Virus record (IMG/VR): IMGVR_UViG_3300011217_000001
Coordinates: 1 to 64,000 of that record
Length of the DNA stretch: 64,000 nucleotides
Origin: a virus
Taxonomy: Duplodnaviria > Caudoviricetes
Direction: 5' to 3' (one strand)
Positions 1 through 8,805 of the stretch are shown piece by piece. Numbering within the stretch: position 1 is the stretch's first letter; every line of letters begins with the position of its first letter. Below the pieces are notes generated by a model. That model saw only the letters and a program-made list of their open reading frames with translations. It was not told the origin of the DNA and made no database searches. The translations under genes were made by a program, and so were the position numbers.

Positions 1-1987
1 TGTGCTTCTTGTTGTTCGCCTCCAACCACTTGATCATGCGCTCAGCCAGTGCACGATCTTCGATCTCTGCCAACCACGCCTTCAGCTTTGCCGGCTTCTC
101 GGTGTTCATGGCAATCTTGATCGCACCATACGGCGGAGCTTCTGCATGACCGTACTTCGGAGCGAATACCTTCTCCCACATGTCGTAGTACACGAACACG
201 GAGGACTCAGGCTTGGTGTAAGAACTCACGTCACGGATCTGCATCCGGGTCATGTAGTCGTACTTACCATTCAAGATCGAGTTGCGGATGCTGTCTTCCA
301 TGTTGCCGATGGTCTTGTTGATCTTGATGATCGAGAGCTTCTCGCCCTTGTAGACCGTATCCATGATCTCATCGATCAGCCCATGTGCCTTGTCATTCAC
401 ATGCTTGGGCACATTGGAGTTACGCAGCGCAACGCCCTTGATCTCCTTCTTGAACTCCACGTACACGTTACCCTCTCGGGCTGACATGTTGGCGTAGTAG
501 TGCTTGGCACGGCCAGTCAGAGCAAACACCGGGAAGGCGTACTCGTTCTTCATGGCCAGCTTGTGCAGGTGTTCACGGGTGACACCCATGTTGACCGACA
601 GCTTTGCCAGGACGTGACGGATAGCCTGCGATGCCAGGTAGACCATCGTGCTGGAGATAGCACGCGACTTCGGCGAGAAGTCCAGCGTACCGACGAACCA
701 CTTGGTCCAGTGCTGGGTGGTGAAGATCGTCGAGTCAGTATCCGAGGCAATGGCGCAACGACGGATAATGGTCGGCAGAGCTGCGATCGATGCAGGCATG
801 CAGTTGGTGACCCACAGCGCCTGAATCATGTCCGCATAGGCATCCAGCACCAACGGGATCGCCTTGGCGGTTGCACCCATGATGCCGTAGCCTTCCGGGT
901 TCTCTGCCTTCAACTTCTTCAGGTTGGTGCCGTAGAGTTCCTTCTCGCACAGCATCGAGACGAAAGCCTTGAGGTCATCGTCCATTGCACCGATGTGCTC
1001 GGATGCTTCTTCCACCGACAGCGGGGCCGTTGCCTTGCTCGACAGCTGATCCAGGAACTCATGACAGAAGTCACGGTTGTATTCGGCCAGGTGGTAAAAG
1101 TCACCAACGTACACCACGGCAGCGCGCTGTACCGGACTGAGACGATCCACCAGTGCACGGATCGACTCGCTTTCAATTGCGTCGCGCCAGTACAGGTCAC
1201 TGGAGCGAGTGATGCAGGCCATGGTCTGTTCCATGGTCGGGTAGACGATGCCGTACTTGCTCAATGCGGCTGCGATCTTACCCAGGTCTGCGGTGTTGAT
1301 GATCGAGATGATGTTGGCCTTGACCAACTCGGCAGACCAGTAATGACGGTTGCCGTACAGGAACTTCTCGTTACTGGCATTGCCATACGAGGTCGCCGAC
1401 CGGCAGGAACTGGTCAGGGTGCTGTGCGAAGACTTGTTGTAGAGCGGGGTGTGTTGTGCAGCGTGTGCGCCCGACAGCGAGTTGTTCTTGACCTTCGTCG
1501 AGGACTGCTCTGCGTCCTTCTGCCCGGCCAGTGCCGAGAACTCACGGTAAGCAACCATGTCACCGTTGAGCTTGGCGATATCCGCTTCAGACTGCGCCGT
1601 GAACATCTCGTGCTTTGCAGTCGAGCGCTTCTTCAGGTTACCACTGACGTACTTGCCCAGGATGGACTCATGACGCAGGGGATTGGCGTAGACCGCCAAG
1701 GTGGGACTGATGATGTCACCGGCTTGAACTGCTTCGCCGATGTACTGGTCCCACGGCATCGTTCGTTGGACACGATTACCCGGAGTGTCCTTGCTCAGGC
1801 ACATGATCTCCGGGGACTTGATTTCCAGGGGACCACCCGGGCCGACTTGCTTGCGGACGTAGTCAACGCATTCGTCAAAGTCAATCCCGGTATCCAATTG
1901 CAGGTAGGTGGCACAATCTCGGATGTATGCAGGGACGAGATTGACGTCTCGTTTGTAGTCATCCTTTGCCATGACAAAGTGTTTCAT
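1..1987 (-). CDS. Family B DNA polymerase, polymerase-domain subunit (phiKZ gp50-like); runs off the left edge
   Basis: Absent from the ORF track because it has no stop in the window. Manual translation from ATG at 1987 (MKHFVMAKDDYKRD...) is open to position 2 and contains KVKNNSLSG (motif B-like), IASDTDSTIF (motif C, DTDS) and EIKGVALR. Confidence 0.88.
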   Translation of the reverse strand, partial: MKHFVMAKDDYKRDVNLVPAYIRDCATYLQLDTGIDFDECVDYVRKQVGPGGPLEIKSPEIMCLSKDTPGNRVQRTMPWDQYIGEAVQAGDIISPTLAVYANPLRHESILGKYVSGNLKKRSTAKHEMFTAQSEADIAKLNGDMVAYREFSALAGQKDAEQSSTKVKNNSLSGAHAAQHTPLYNKSSHSTLTSSCRSATSYGNASNEKFLYGNRHYWSAELVKANIISIINTADLGKIAAALSKYGIVYPTMEQTMACITRSSDLYWRDAIESESIRALVDRLSPVQRAAVVYVGDFYHLAEYNRDFCHEFLDQLSSKATAPLSVEEASEHIGAMDDDLKAFVSMLCEKELYGTNLKKLKAENPEGYGIMGATAKAIPLVLDAYADMIQALWVTNCMPASIAALPTIIRRCAIASDTDSTIFTTQHWTKWFVGTLDFSPKSRAISSTMVYLASQAIRHVLAKLSVNMGVTREHLHKLAMKNEYAFPVFALTGRAKHYYANMSAREGNVYVEFKKEIKGVALRNSNVPKHVNDKAHGLIDEIMDTVYKGEKLSIIKINKTIGNMEDSIRNSILNGKYDYMTRMQIRDVSSYTKPESSVFVYYDMWEKVFAPKYGHAEAPPYGAIKIAMNTEKPAKLKAWLAEIEDRALAERMIKWLEANNKKH

Positions 1988-2043
1988 GTACTGCTCCGCC
2001 TAAGGTACACTAGATAGCCCCGGAATGTAGAAAAAGAAAATAG

Positions 2044-2074
2044 GGCATAAAAAGGCCAGGCCCGAAGGCCTGGC
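2044..2074 (-). terminator. GC hairpin plus TATGCC box
   Basis: GCCAGGCC-cgaa-GGCCTGGC (2055-2074) with GGCATA at 2044-2049, downstream of the minus gene ending at 2153. Confidence 0.65.
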
Positions 2075-2152
2075 TAAAGAGTGCGGGTAAGCCAGTACAA
2101 GCATCGCAGAAACGACCCAGGCTTCTGCATACAATAGCCTACCCGGCTATCT

Positions 2153-2563
2153 TTATTCGACCACTTCCATGTCCAGAGCCTGGAAACCGTTGGCAGCCAG
2201 CACGCGAACGATCAGTGCGGCATCGTCGTCACTGCTGATGTTGGTCTCCCAGCGCACGCGCTTGGCGTTGAGGACTTTGATGGTCGGCTCTTTGATCCAG
2301 GCCACGCCGATGATGACGGTTTCGCCATTCTGCAGGCGCAGCTTGACCCACGGATACGCGCTGGCGCGGTTGGGTACATCCGAGGGTAGGGTCGGGTAAA
2401 CGTTGGTGTGCTTGGCGGCAGTGTCCACGCCCAGCGCTCTGGCGGTGTCGGCATCCAGATGTGCAAGGACTTTGGCGAAGCTGTAACCGGTGCCGATGAC
2501 GAACGACGGGTACAGCTCGAAGGACACGGTGGAGTTCAGTGGCAGCTTCGAAAGCGGGGTCAT
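2153..2563 (-). CDS. Conserved jumbo-phage protein (phiKZ gp49-like)
   Basis: 136-aa ORF directly upstream of the polymerase, as recalled for phiKZ-like phages; AAKHTNVYPTLP and IIGVAWIK motifs. Confidence 0.65.
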   Translation of the reverse strand: MTPLSKLPLNSTVSFELYPSFVIGTGYSFAKVLAHLDADTARALGVDTAAKHTNVYPTLPSDVPNRASAYPWVKLRLQNGETVIIGVAWIKEPTIKVLNAKRVRWETNISSDDDAALIVRVLAANGFQALDMEVVE

Positions 2564-2594
2564 GATGAGCCTATGTCAACTGGGTGTCATAAGA

Positions 2595-3107
2595 TCAGCG
2601 TTCTTCGCGGATCTCGATATGCTCCAGCACCATATCGCCATGGCACCAGCCATCGAATACCAGTTCCTTGTCCATCGCCGCATGATCCAGCCTGGCGGTG
2701 TTGACCGCATTGACCACGCCCTGCCTGAGTCGCTCGGTGGCCCGCAGGAGGATCTCGGTATCCTCATCGTTGACCATGGACTTGGCCATGACTGGATTGC
2801 CGGTGCGGATCGAGTTCACGATGGCTGCGCCAATCTCATCCTCATCATAGTTGATGTTGGACATCATGGCGGCGGTCTGCTCGAAGTCCTCGAAGGCACG
2901 CTTGGTGGACAGGATCACCGAGCCCTTGTGGATCACATCCTTTCCGAGCTTGGAGGTTTCGCCACTACCCTCCTTGTAGTACGCCATGTTCGGCTTGGTC
3001 GTACAGTACGGACTGGTGTCAAACGGTAGCGCATGACGATATCGATGACTGACGTCTTCAACTACCTTCTGGAGCAGGTAGTCAGTTTCTTCCTTCGTGG
3101 GTTCCAT
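2595..3107 (-). CDS. Hypothetical protein, member of tandem paralog array
   Basis: 170 aa, GGAG RBS upstream, C-terminal LVFDGWCHGDMVLE motif. Confidence 0.75.
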   Translation of the reverse strand: MEPTKEETDYLLQKVVEDVSHRYRHALPFDTSPYCTTKPNMAYYKEGSGETSKLGKDVIHKGSVILSTKRAFEDFEQTAAMMSNINYDEDEIGAAIVNSIRTGNPVMAKSMVNDEDTEILLRATERLRQGVVNAVNTARLDHAAMDKELVFDGWCHGDMVLEHIEIREER

Positions 3108-3118
3108 CTCTTTCTCCG

Positions 3119-3538
3119 TTACAACCGGTCGATAGCGACGATCATGTCAGTACCGAGCCAGTCATCAAAGCGAATGTGCTCTACGTCAACTTCATGCTCA
3201 CAGAAGCCGCCGAGCAGAGGACCGATCGTGTCGTTGTAGTCGAGCACGATATCCATCAGGCGATTGTGCGCTTTCCTTAACACGTCCTCTGCTAGATCCA
3301 CTCGTGGCTCGACGATGTACGACAGTACGGCATCTTCCAGGAGTTCTGCTTGGCTGACGTAGCGGGTGAAGTACCTGCGCTTGTCCAACTCGTTCTGCAC
3401 CCACTGCTGGAGCGTGAAGCGTCCCAGCATCTTGGCCGTCTGTCTCATGAGCCTGAACGTCGACTCATTGAAACGGTGGTCGTAGATGATGTCGCGAGTT
3501 GGCAAGATCAGGCTTATTGGTCGGCCTGACTTTGACAT
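3119..3538 (-). CDS. Hypothetical protein, member of tandem paralog array
   Basis: 139 aa, C-terminal IRFDDWLGTDMIVA motif, tightly coupled to its neighbours. Confidence 0.75.
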   Translation of the reverse strand: MSKSGRPISLILPTRDIIYDHRFNESTFRLMRQTAKMLGRFTLQQWVQNELDKRRYFTRYVSQAELLEDAVLSYIVEPRVDLAEDVLRKAHNRLMDIVLDYNDTIGPLLGGFCEHEVDVEHIRFDDWLGTDMIVAIDRL

Positions 3539-3978
3539 TCTTCAGTTTCCAGCTCGACGACCAGATCACTGGCAAGCCAGCCCTGGAAGTTGATAGCGTT
3601 GTCGTTGTTACGGTTGATGTACTTCTCGAACGGCTTCAGGTACGGAGCCAGTTCGGCGTACAGCCTGCCAACGCCCTTCTCGAACGTGGCTAGCGCCTTA
3701 ACGAATTCGTCGTACTCAAACTCGGACAGGTTGATGTCCTCGGCGACGAGCTTCTCCAGAACCTGCTTGAAGGCATCGTCTTCGTAGACCAGGTCAGCGC
3801 TGGTCTTGTCTTCACCGTCATCCAGTGTTGCGATCATCATCCAGAGACGGAACGTGAGGGCGACCAGTTGACTGAACGGGTAGGCCAGCGGCAGCTGATC
3901 CAGATCCTGTTCCACCTCCTGCAATCGCTTCTCCGCTTCCCGCATCGGGAGTAGTAGAAGCATCTTCTTCATTTTCAT
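3514..3978 (-). CDS. Hypothetical protein, member of tandem paralog array
   Basis: 154 aa, C-terminal INFQGWLASDLVVE motif. Confidence 0.75.
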   Translation of the reverse strand: MKMKKMLLLLPMREAEKRLQEVEQDLDQLPLAYPFSQLVALTFRLWMMIATLDDGEDKTSADLVYEDDAFKQVLEKLVAEDINLSEFEYDEFVKALATFEKGVGRLYAELAPYLKPFEKYINRNNDNAINFQGWLASDLVVELETEECQSQADQ

Positions 3979-4384
3979 CGGCAGTGTTCTCGGTAGCCTC
4001 TACAGCCACCACTATGTCTCGGCCCACAAAACCATGCAGCGTTGCGGAGTGCCGATACTCTCCTAGGATCGTTTCGAGCGTTGGGATCAGGACTTGGAGG
4101 CCGTCACCGAGCGCGTCAGTCATTGCATGTGCAACGCGATCGTATTTTACATCGCCGCTACTATTAGGTGGGAATTGGCTGGAGTAGAAGTTCTCGTCAA
4201 GCTCCAGTATAAGATCGCGCGACATCCTCCGAAGGTATTCGGTTTGATTGGGTGCGCGCATTAGTGCAAACAGATGTGCGAGCATAGAAGGCTCATCCAC
4301 CCCGAACACCCGGAGGTGTTCGAGGTAGGGAGCCATCTCCTTGAGCAGTCTGCTTGCATCGATGATGACAAGCGTCTGTTCCAT
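3818..4384 (-). CDS. Hypothetical protein, member of tandem paralog array, with low-complexity tail overlapping the next gene
   Basis: 188 aa, TLHGFVGRDIVVA motif; start overlaps the stop of the upstream gene (TAATG coupling). Confidence 0.7.
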   Translation of the reverse strand: MEQTLVIIDASRLLKEMAPYLEHLRVFGVDEPSMLAHLFALMRAPNQTEYLRRMSRDLILELDENFYSSQFPPNSSGDVKYDRVAHAMTDALGDGLQVLIPTLETILGEYRHSATLHGFVGRDIVVAVEATENTADENEEDASTTPDAGSGEAIAGGGTGSGSAAAGLPVQSTGRPHVPSLDDDRNTG

Positions 4385-4833
4385 TATCTTCTTCTCTGGC
4401 GTTCGGGTACGAAAGTCCCCATGCCCTCAAGCCCTTCCTCGTCATCGCTTTCGCAATGGAACTTGGGAGGAGGGGACTGGGGGTCGAGGTCCATCTGCGT
4501 AATCTCCAGAACCCCACTGCCGCCGAGGCGGTAGCTATAGTGGTAGCGGGGATGGATCCGGATGATGCGATGGATGTAATCTTCGAGCGAGTTCTTGAAG
4601 GCTTGGATGATTTCTTCTTTCTTCCAGCGCTGGATCGAATAGCGCCGGAGGTAGTCAACCGCAGAGCGGTGCAGCAGCTCAATATCCGAGAAGTAACTAT
4701 CAAGGATGACCTCTGCGACCGACAGGGCATCAAGGTGAAGATGCTTGGGATCGTCGTAATCGCAGGCAAACTGGAGGTCTTGAACGAAGGATCTCAAAAG
4801 ACCCTGAATGTCGCCTAGCACAGTGCTTGACAT
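4384..4833 (-). CDS. Hypothetical protein (possible paralog-array member)
   Basis: 149 aa, translationally coupled to the downstream ORF. Confidence 0.7.
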   Translation of the reverse strand: MSSTVLGDIQGLLRSFVQDLQFACDYDDPKHLHLDALSVAEVILDSYFSDIELLHRSAVDYLRRYSIQRWKKEEIIQAFKNSLEDYIHRIIRIHPRYHYSYRLGGSGVLEITQMDLDPQSPPPKFHCESDDEEGLEGMGTFVPERQRRR

Positions 4834-4849
4834 TGTATTGCTCTCTGGT

Positions 4850-5320
4850 TCAGTGGCCGCGCTTGGACAGCTTCTCCAGCGCCCCGCTCTCCTTGAGGCG
4901 GGTCCACTCTTCGATTCGGTAGTCTTGCTTGGGTACGATGGAGATGGTCAGCGGGGTGATCATTTCAACTTCCCAGATCATCCAGCTGTCACGTTCCATG
5001 AAGACCTCCAGCCAGCGATTGACCGCAACCACTGCGCGATCGATCACTTGAGTGTAGAAGTCTTCGTACACCTCGCCCTTCTCGATGTTCTTCGACCACG
5101 GCAGGAGCTGTGCGAACAACTCCTCATGGCCAATCGGGCTTGCCCAGCAGGCGCGGCGATCGATCTCGTTGGTCAGGACGGCGACCAGCATCTGTCCACA
5201 TTCAGTGATGTTCGGACGCTTGGTCTTCGTATCGCCGTACATCTCCAGGAACCCTTCGATGTTCCGGGTCATCCTTTTGGCGAGACTGCCAAGGTCGTAA
5301 ATCCGTGCGGTGTGTCTCAT
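4850..5320 (-). CDS. Hypothetical protein (possible paralog-array member)
   Basis: 156 aa, starts 1 nt after the upstream stop. Confidence 0.7.
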   Translation of the reverse strand: MRHTARIYDLGSLAKRMTRNIEGFLEMYGDTKTKRPNITECGQMLVAVLTNEIDRRACWASPIGHEELFAQLLPWSKNIEKGEVYEDFYTQVIDRAVVAVNRWLEVFMERDSWMIWEVEMITPLTISIVPKQDYRIEEWTRLKESGALEKLSKRGH

Positions 5321-5321
5321 G

Positions 5322-5702
5322 TCACGTCCATCTCGATGTTTCTAAGTTGTTATAGGTCAGAATCAGATCGCGCTCCCGAACGTCAATGTCGGGAGTCTCT
5401 TCGCAGAGCTCCCTTGGAATCCGGAGCTTGATGCTGAGAGTGATCAACTGAGGCGAGGTTCTGCGCTCGAAGAAATCTTCAAGCATTGGGTCAGGACGGA
5501 AGGCGAAGGTTGGCGGAACGTTGACGTAGCAGTATTCATTCAGGAAGTAGCTGAACCACAACCTGACTGCCGCATTTGTTCGACCTTCGTTGAAGCTATC
5601 CAAGATGGGAAGCCTCTCGCGATGATGCAACGCATCGCGCACTATCCTGCGGACATCCCGGTGTTCACGAGAGATGTCGTAGATCAGTATTGCCCGACGC
5701 AT
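5322..5702 (-). CDS. Hypothetical protein, first gene behind a candidate early promoter
   Basis: 126 aa, GGAG RBS upstream of the ATG. Confidence 0.7.
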   Translation of the reverse strand: MRRAILIYDISREHRDVRRIVRDALHHRERLPILDSFNEGRTNAAVRLWFSYFLNEYCYVNVPPTFAFRPDPMLEDFFERRTSPQLITLSIKLRIPRELCEETPDIDVRERDLILTYNNLETSRWT

Positions 5703-5732
5703 GGTGAAACTCCACTAGTGCTCTTCACTGAG

Positions 5733-5761
5733 ATAGTGTATGGCTGAAACTCATTAGAATG
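5733..5761 (-). promoter_or_regulatory. Candidate early (virion RNAP) promoter
   Basis: Minus strand reads CATT-N8-TTTCAGCCA-TACACTAT, the same spacing as five other copies. Confidence 0.5.
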
Positions 5762-5846
5762 GCCTCTAGGGCTCTTCTACATAGAAAAGGCTATGGGAGT
5801 ACTTATTTACTCCGCGCGCTCCTTAGAGAGCCATACAGAGCCTTGC

Positions 5847-5874
5847 GGCATAAAGGCCGGGGTTCTCCCCGGCC
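5847..5874 (-). terminator. GC hairpin plus TATGCC box
   Basis: GGCCGGGG-ttct-CCCCGGCC just after the stop at 5877, with GGCATA at 5847. Confidence 0.65.
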
Positions 5875-5876
5875 AG

Positions 5877-6263
5877 TTACCTGATACAGATCAGCAGTGC
5901 TCCGTGCCGATGGTCTTCGATCTCGCAAGACCGGGGTTTGTCGCTATCCAAGACGATGTGGTCAGGTAGGAACGTGGAGATCCGCTTGACCTCTTCCAGG
6001 ATGTCCTCGGCGATTGGCTCAGCCATATCGGGGAACAATTCCAACATCGGCAGGTAATGGAACAGTTCAGTGGTGACCACTGCGAGGTCGTCCCTGTCCC
6101 GAGTCAGCGCCACTAGCCCAAGGACACGCACGGATATCTTCAAGAACCACATCCGGTCCAGTCGGTAATGTCCGCGACGTTCCTTATTGGCAACGCGCTC
6201 GAAGGCTTTCACGGAGGAGGGTACGCTGGCCCTCCTGTCGTAATCGACGATGAATCGCGTCAT
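5877..6263 (-). CDS. Hypothetical protein
   Basis: 128 aa, ATGA overlap with the upstream gene. Confidence 0.7.
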   Translation of the reverse strand: MTRFIVDYDRRASVPSSVKAFERVANKERRGHYRLDRMWFLKISVRVLGLVALTRDRDDLAVVTTELFHYLPMLELFPDMAEPIAEDILEEVKRISTFLPDHIVLDSDKPRSCEIEDHRHGALLICIR

Positions 6264-6460
6264 CCCAAACCGATGCCGGTGGGCTTGTTGATGACGTTGT
6301 CTTTGTCAGGGTTGTAGGGTAGCATCGGGAAGTAGTTGTGCCACACTCCGGTCTGGCACTTGGTGCACTGCATGTTGGCCAGATCAAACTGGCGGCCCAA
6401 ATAGGCTTCCACCGTGGTGTCCACCGTATTGCACTTGCAGCAGACGAACAGAGAGCTCAT
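6260..6460 (-). CDS. Small Cys-rich zinc-ribbon protein
   Basis: 66 aa, CCKC...CTKC pattern, ATGA overlaps on both sides. Confidence 0.7.
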   Translation of the reverse strand: MSSLFVCCKCNTVDTTVEAYLGRQFDLANMQCTKCQTGVWHNYFPMLPYNPDKDNVINKPTGIGLG

Positions 6461-6852
6461 GCCGATTCCTTCTCGAAGGTTGCAATCACCGGATCAGAGC
6501 GGCGATGCATCAGGGGACGCCCTTCGTTGCGGGCGTTGATCTTGTCCAGCTGTTCGTCGGTCAGGGTCAGGCAACCTGCGTCGATGGACACCTGCATGTA
6601 GGCGATGATCTTCTGGATCTTGGCCTTACGGGCCTGCGGCTTACCGATACCGAACAGCTCCACGCCGATCTCGTTGAGGAAATCAGCCACGCCCAACACG
6701 TCGTTGATCTCCCCCACCAGGCAGTCAGAAGCAGCCATTCGGTTGGACGGTACACGGTGGGTAATGCCGAAGGACAGCATCTTGGTGGACGCCTGCGTGA
6801 TCTCTGCAGCTTCCTCGCCCATGCGGTTGAGCAGGTATTCTTCCAAGTTCAT
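6457..6852 (-). CDS. MazG-like NTP pyrophosphohydrolase
   Basis: MGEEAAEITQA...GEINDVL fits the ExxE...ExxD MazG helical pattern. Confidence 0.7.
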   Translation of the reverse strand: MNLEEYLLNRMGEEAAEITQASTKMLSFGITHRVPSNRMAASDCLVGEINDVLGVADFLNEIGVELFGIGKPQARKAKIQKIIAYMQVSIDAGCLTLTDEQLDKINARNEGRPLMHRRSDPVIATFEKESA

Positions 6853-6931
6853 TGAACAGCCCCTTTCTTATGAGTTCACCCTACGGTTCATAGCATCGTC
6901 TGGGGTGTAGAAATTGAAACCAGGAGGCGCC

Positions 6932-7735
6932 ATGTCCGTCATCAACAAAGCATTGCGCGAAATCGCTGCCACGATTCCGGTGCAGATTCTCAACGAGGTG
7001 TTCAATCCGCCGTCGCGCTTCGATGGTTACCGGGCGCCGATCAACTACGAAACCGGTCTGCGTGAGAAGGTTCTCTACGGTCGACTGATCGAAGATCTCA
7101 ACCTGACCGGCGGTCATGAGGTCACCATTCCTCTGGTGGGTCTGCAGCCGCAGTACGCTGATGAGTTCCGGGTGATCTACGAGATTCCCGATCGACTCAC
7201 CAACAACCGCGACATCATCCAGCCTCTGAATGTGACCTTCGGCGAAGGCACGATCATGGGCACCACCAACATGGGTATGCGTGGCCATTCTCCGATGCTC
7301 GATGCAGCCTCGGGTATCCTGTCCTCACACCTCCCCATCCCGTTGGTGTCCACCGCTTACGTGCGCCTGGTCGGTCGCAACGTGATCTGCGTGGAAGACA
7401 ACATGGCCCTGCCGCGCAACATCTTCCTGCGCGCAATCGTGGGCTATGATGCCGAGTTCTCCTCACTGAACCCGCGCAGCTGGCACAAGTTCACCAAGGG
7501 CGCCAAGTTGGCCACCAAGGCCTACATCTTCAACCATCAGGAAATCCTCATCGATGAAGGTGAGATCCGTGGTGGCTTCAGCGTGGGCTCGTACAAGAAC
7601 ATCGTCGAGCGTTACGCTGACGCGGAAGAACTGTACCAGGAGTTCCTGCAGAAGGAATGGAAGGTCACTTCGATTCTGGGCGACTACGAGCAGAAGAAGC
7701 GCAGTCTCAAACTCTTGATGGCCTCGGGTCGTTAA
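6932..7735 (+). CDS. Conserved Chimalliviridae-type protein (probably phiKZ gp42-like)
   Basis: AGGAGG RBS at 6922-6927 favours ATG 6932; strong codon bias. The family assignment is from recall only. Confidence 0.6.
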   Translation: MSVINKALREIAATIPVQILNEVFNPPSRFDGYRAPINYETGLREKVLYGRLIEDLNLTGGHEVTIPLVGLQPQYADEFRVIYEIPDRLTNNRDIIQPLNVTFGEGTIMGTTNMGMRGHSPMLDAASGILSSHLPIPLVSTAYVRLVGRNVICVEDNMALPRNIFLRAIVGYDAEFSSLNPRSWHKFTKGAKLATKAYIFNHQEILIDEGEIRGGFSVGSYKNIVERYADAEELYQEFLQKEWKVTSILGDYEQKKRSLKLLMASGR

Positions 7736-7736
7736 G

Positions 7737-7773
7737 GACATAGGGGAGGGGCAAGTGCCCCTCCCTTTATGCC
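7737..7773. terminator. Bidirectional hairpin between convergent genes, flanked by GACATA and TATGCC
   Basis: GACATA-GGGGAGGGGCA-ag-TGCCCCTCCC-TT-TATGCC. Confidence 0.7.
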
Positions 7774-8162
7774 GCCGTGTGGGCGAGCACGGTCACCACG
7801 CGCTTGTCGGCATAGTTGATCCGACTGCGGATGGTGATCATGTTGACGTTCTGTTTCTTGATGCGATCCAAGTCACAACGCACTGCACGCATCAACCGGC
7901 CCTGGAAGTCGTTGGGCGGAAGGGCGCAGACGATCTCATGGATATCCACATCCACGAAGTCTTCCTTGTGAGTCTTGGCGATCTGGATGGTGACTCGCAG
8001 ATCCTTCACCTCGAATTCGCGACACATGGCCTCGACGATCTTGGCGACATTGCGCTGGATGATGCCGATACCCAGATCGACAATGGAAGCAGTCACAGGC
8101 TTCTCCTCGGGGGTGGGGATCAGTAACCCTTTAGGCAAGACGTTGTAGGTATCGATGGCCAT
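7767..8162 (-). CDS. Hypothetical protein
   Basis: Likely start MAIDTY at 8162; the in-frame extension upstream runs through a terminator. Confidence 0.65.
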   Translation of the reverse strand: MAIDTYNVLPKGLLIPTPEEKPVTASIVDLGIGIIQRNVAKIVEAMCREFEVKDLRVTIQIAKTHKEDFVDVDIHEIVCALPPNDFQGRLMRAVRCDLDRIKKQNVNMITIRSRINYADKRVVTVLAHTAA

Positions 8163-8171
8163 ATGGGAACC

Positions 8172-8216
8172 AAAAAAAAAAAGAGATAGGTGTAGGGGGA
8201 GCCCGAAGGCTCCCCC
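8172..8216 (-). terminator. Intrinsic terminator
   Basis: GGGGGAGCC-cgaa-GGCTCCCCC with an A-run at 8172-8182 (U-run on the minus strand). Confidence 0.65.
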
Positions 8217-8223
8217 ATAACCA

Positions 8224-8805
8224 TTAGGCCGTTGCGTACACGTCGCCGTTGATGATCTGCTTGGCATCCATGCGGGCACGGACCATGGCCAGCTGGACGT
8301 CATTCAGGCGCATCTTGAACGAGCTGAACGGCTCGGTCGGACGGTAGCGCTTGGCGGTGCTGGGCATGTTGACCAGCTGTGCTTCGATGGTGCGCTTGGG
8401 CTTGGCGCTGAAGAAGCCGCGCTTGGTCACGTGGTTGTGCAGGATCGGGGTGACCAGCCAACGGAACTCGCCATCGTTGATCCAGGTGCTGGAGAAGATC
8501 GGCTTGGTGTCCAGCTGGTCTTCATTGACGTCTTCCGGACCGAAGGCGTGGTAGACGTTCACCCGCAGTTCCTGGTCGATCACCACGGCCTTGAAGAACA
8601 AGTCCTTGCGGTCATCCGGCAGGTGCTTGAGGAACTTCTCCTCCTGTGCCAACCAGTACAGCAGGTGGGTCGCCATCGGACGAGCCATCGAACCATCAAA
8701 CAGGTTCGGGGCGCCTTCACGGGTGAGGAAGGCTTCATCGGGGAAGCAGTAGCCGATAGCGGCCAGGTGGCACAGCGGGTTCAGCGGATAGTGACTGCGC
8801 TTCAT
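8224..8805 (-). CDS. Hypothetical protein
   Basis: 193 aa, AGGAG RBS, strong codon bias. Confidence 0.8.
   Translation of the reverse strand: MKRSHYPLNPLCHLAAIGYCFPDEAFLTREGAPNLFDGSMARPMATHLLYWLAQEEKFLKHLPDDRKDLFFKAVVIDQELRVNVYHAFGPEDVNEDQLDTKPIFSSTWINDGEFRWLVTPILHNHVTKRGFFSAKPKRTIEAQLVNMPSTAKRYRPTEPFSSFKMRLNDVQLAMVRARMDAKQIINGDVYATA

Noticed and set aside
500-2017. Long antisense ORFs (500..2017, 14367..16223, 19461..21227, 21963..24650, 39677..43285, 56828..59236 and others)
   Set aside because: They are mirror frames of real genes, expected from high-GC codon bias; no motifs or RBS.
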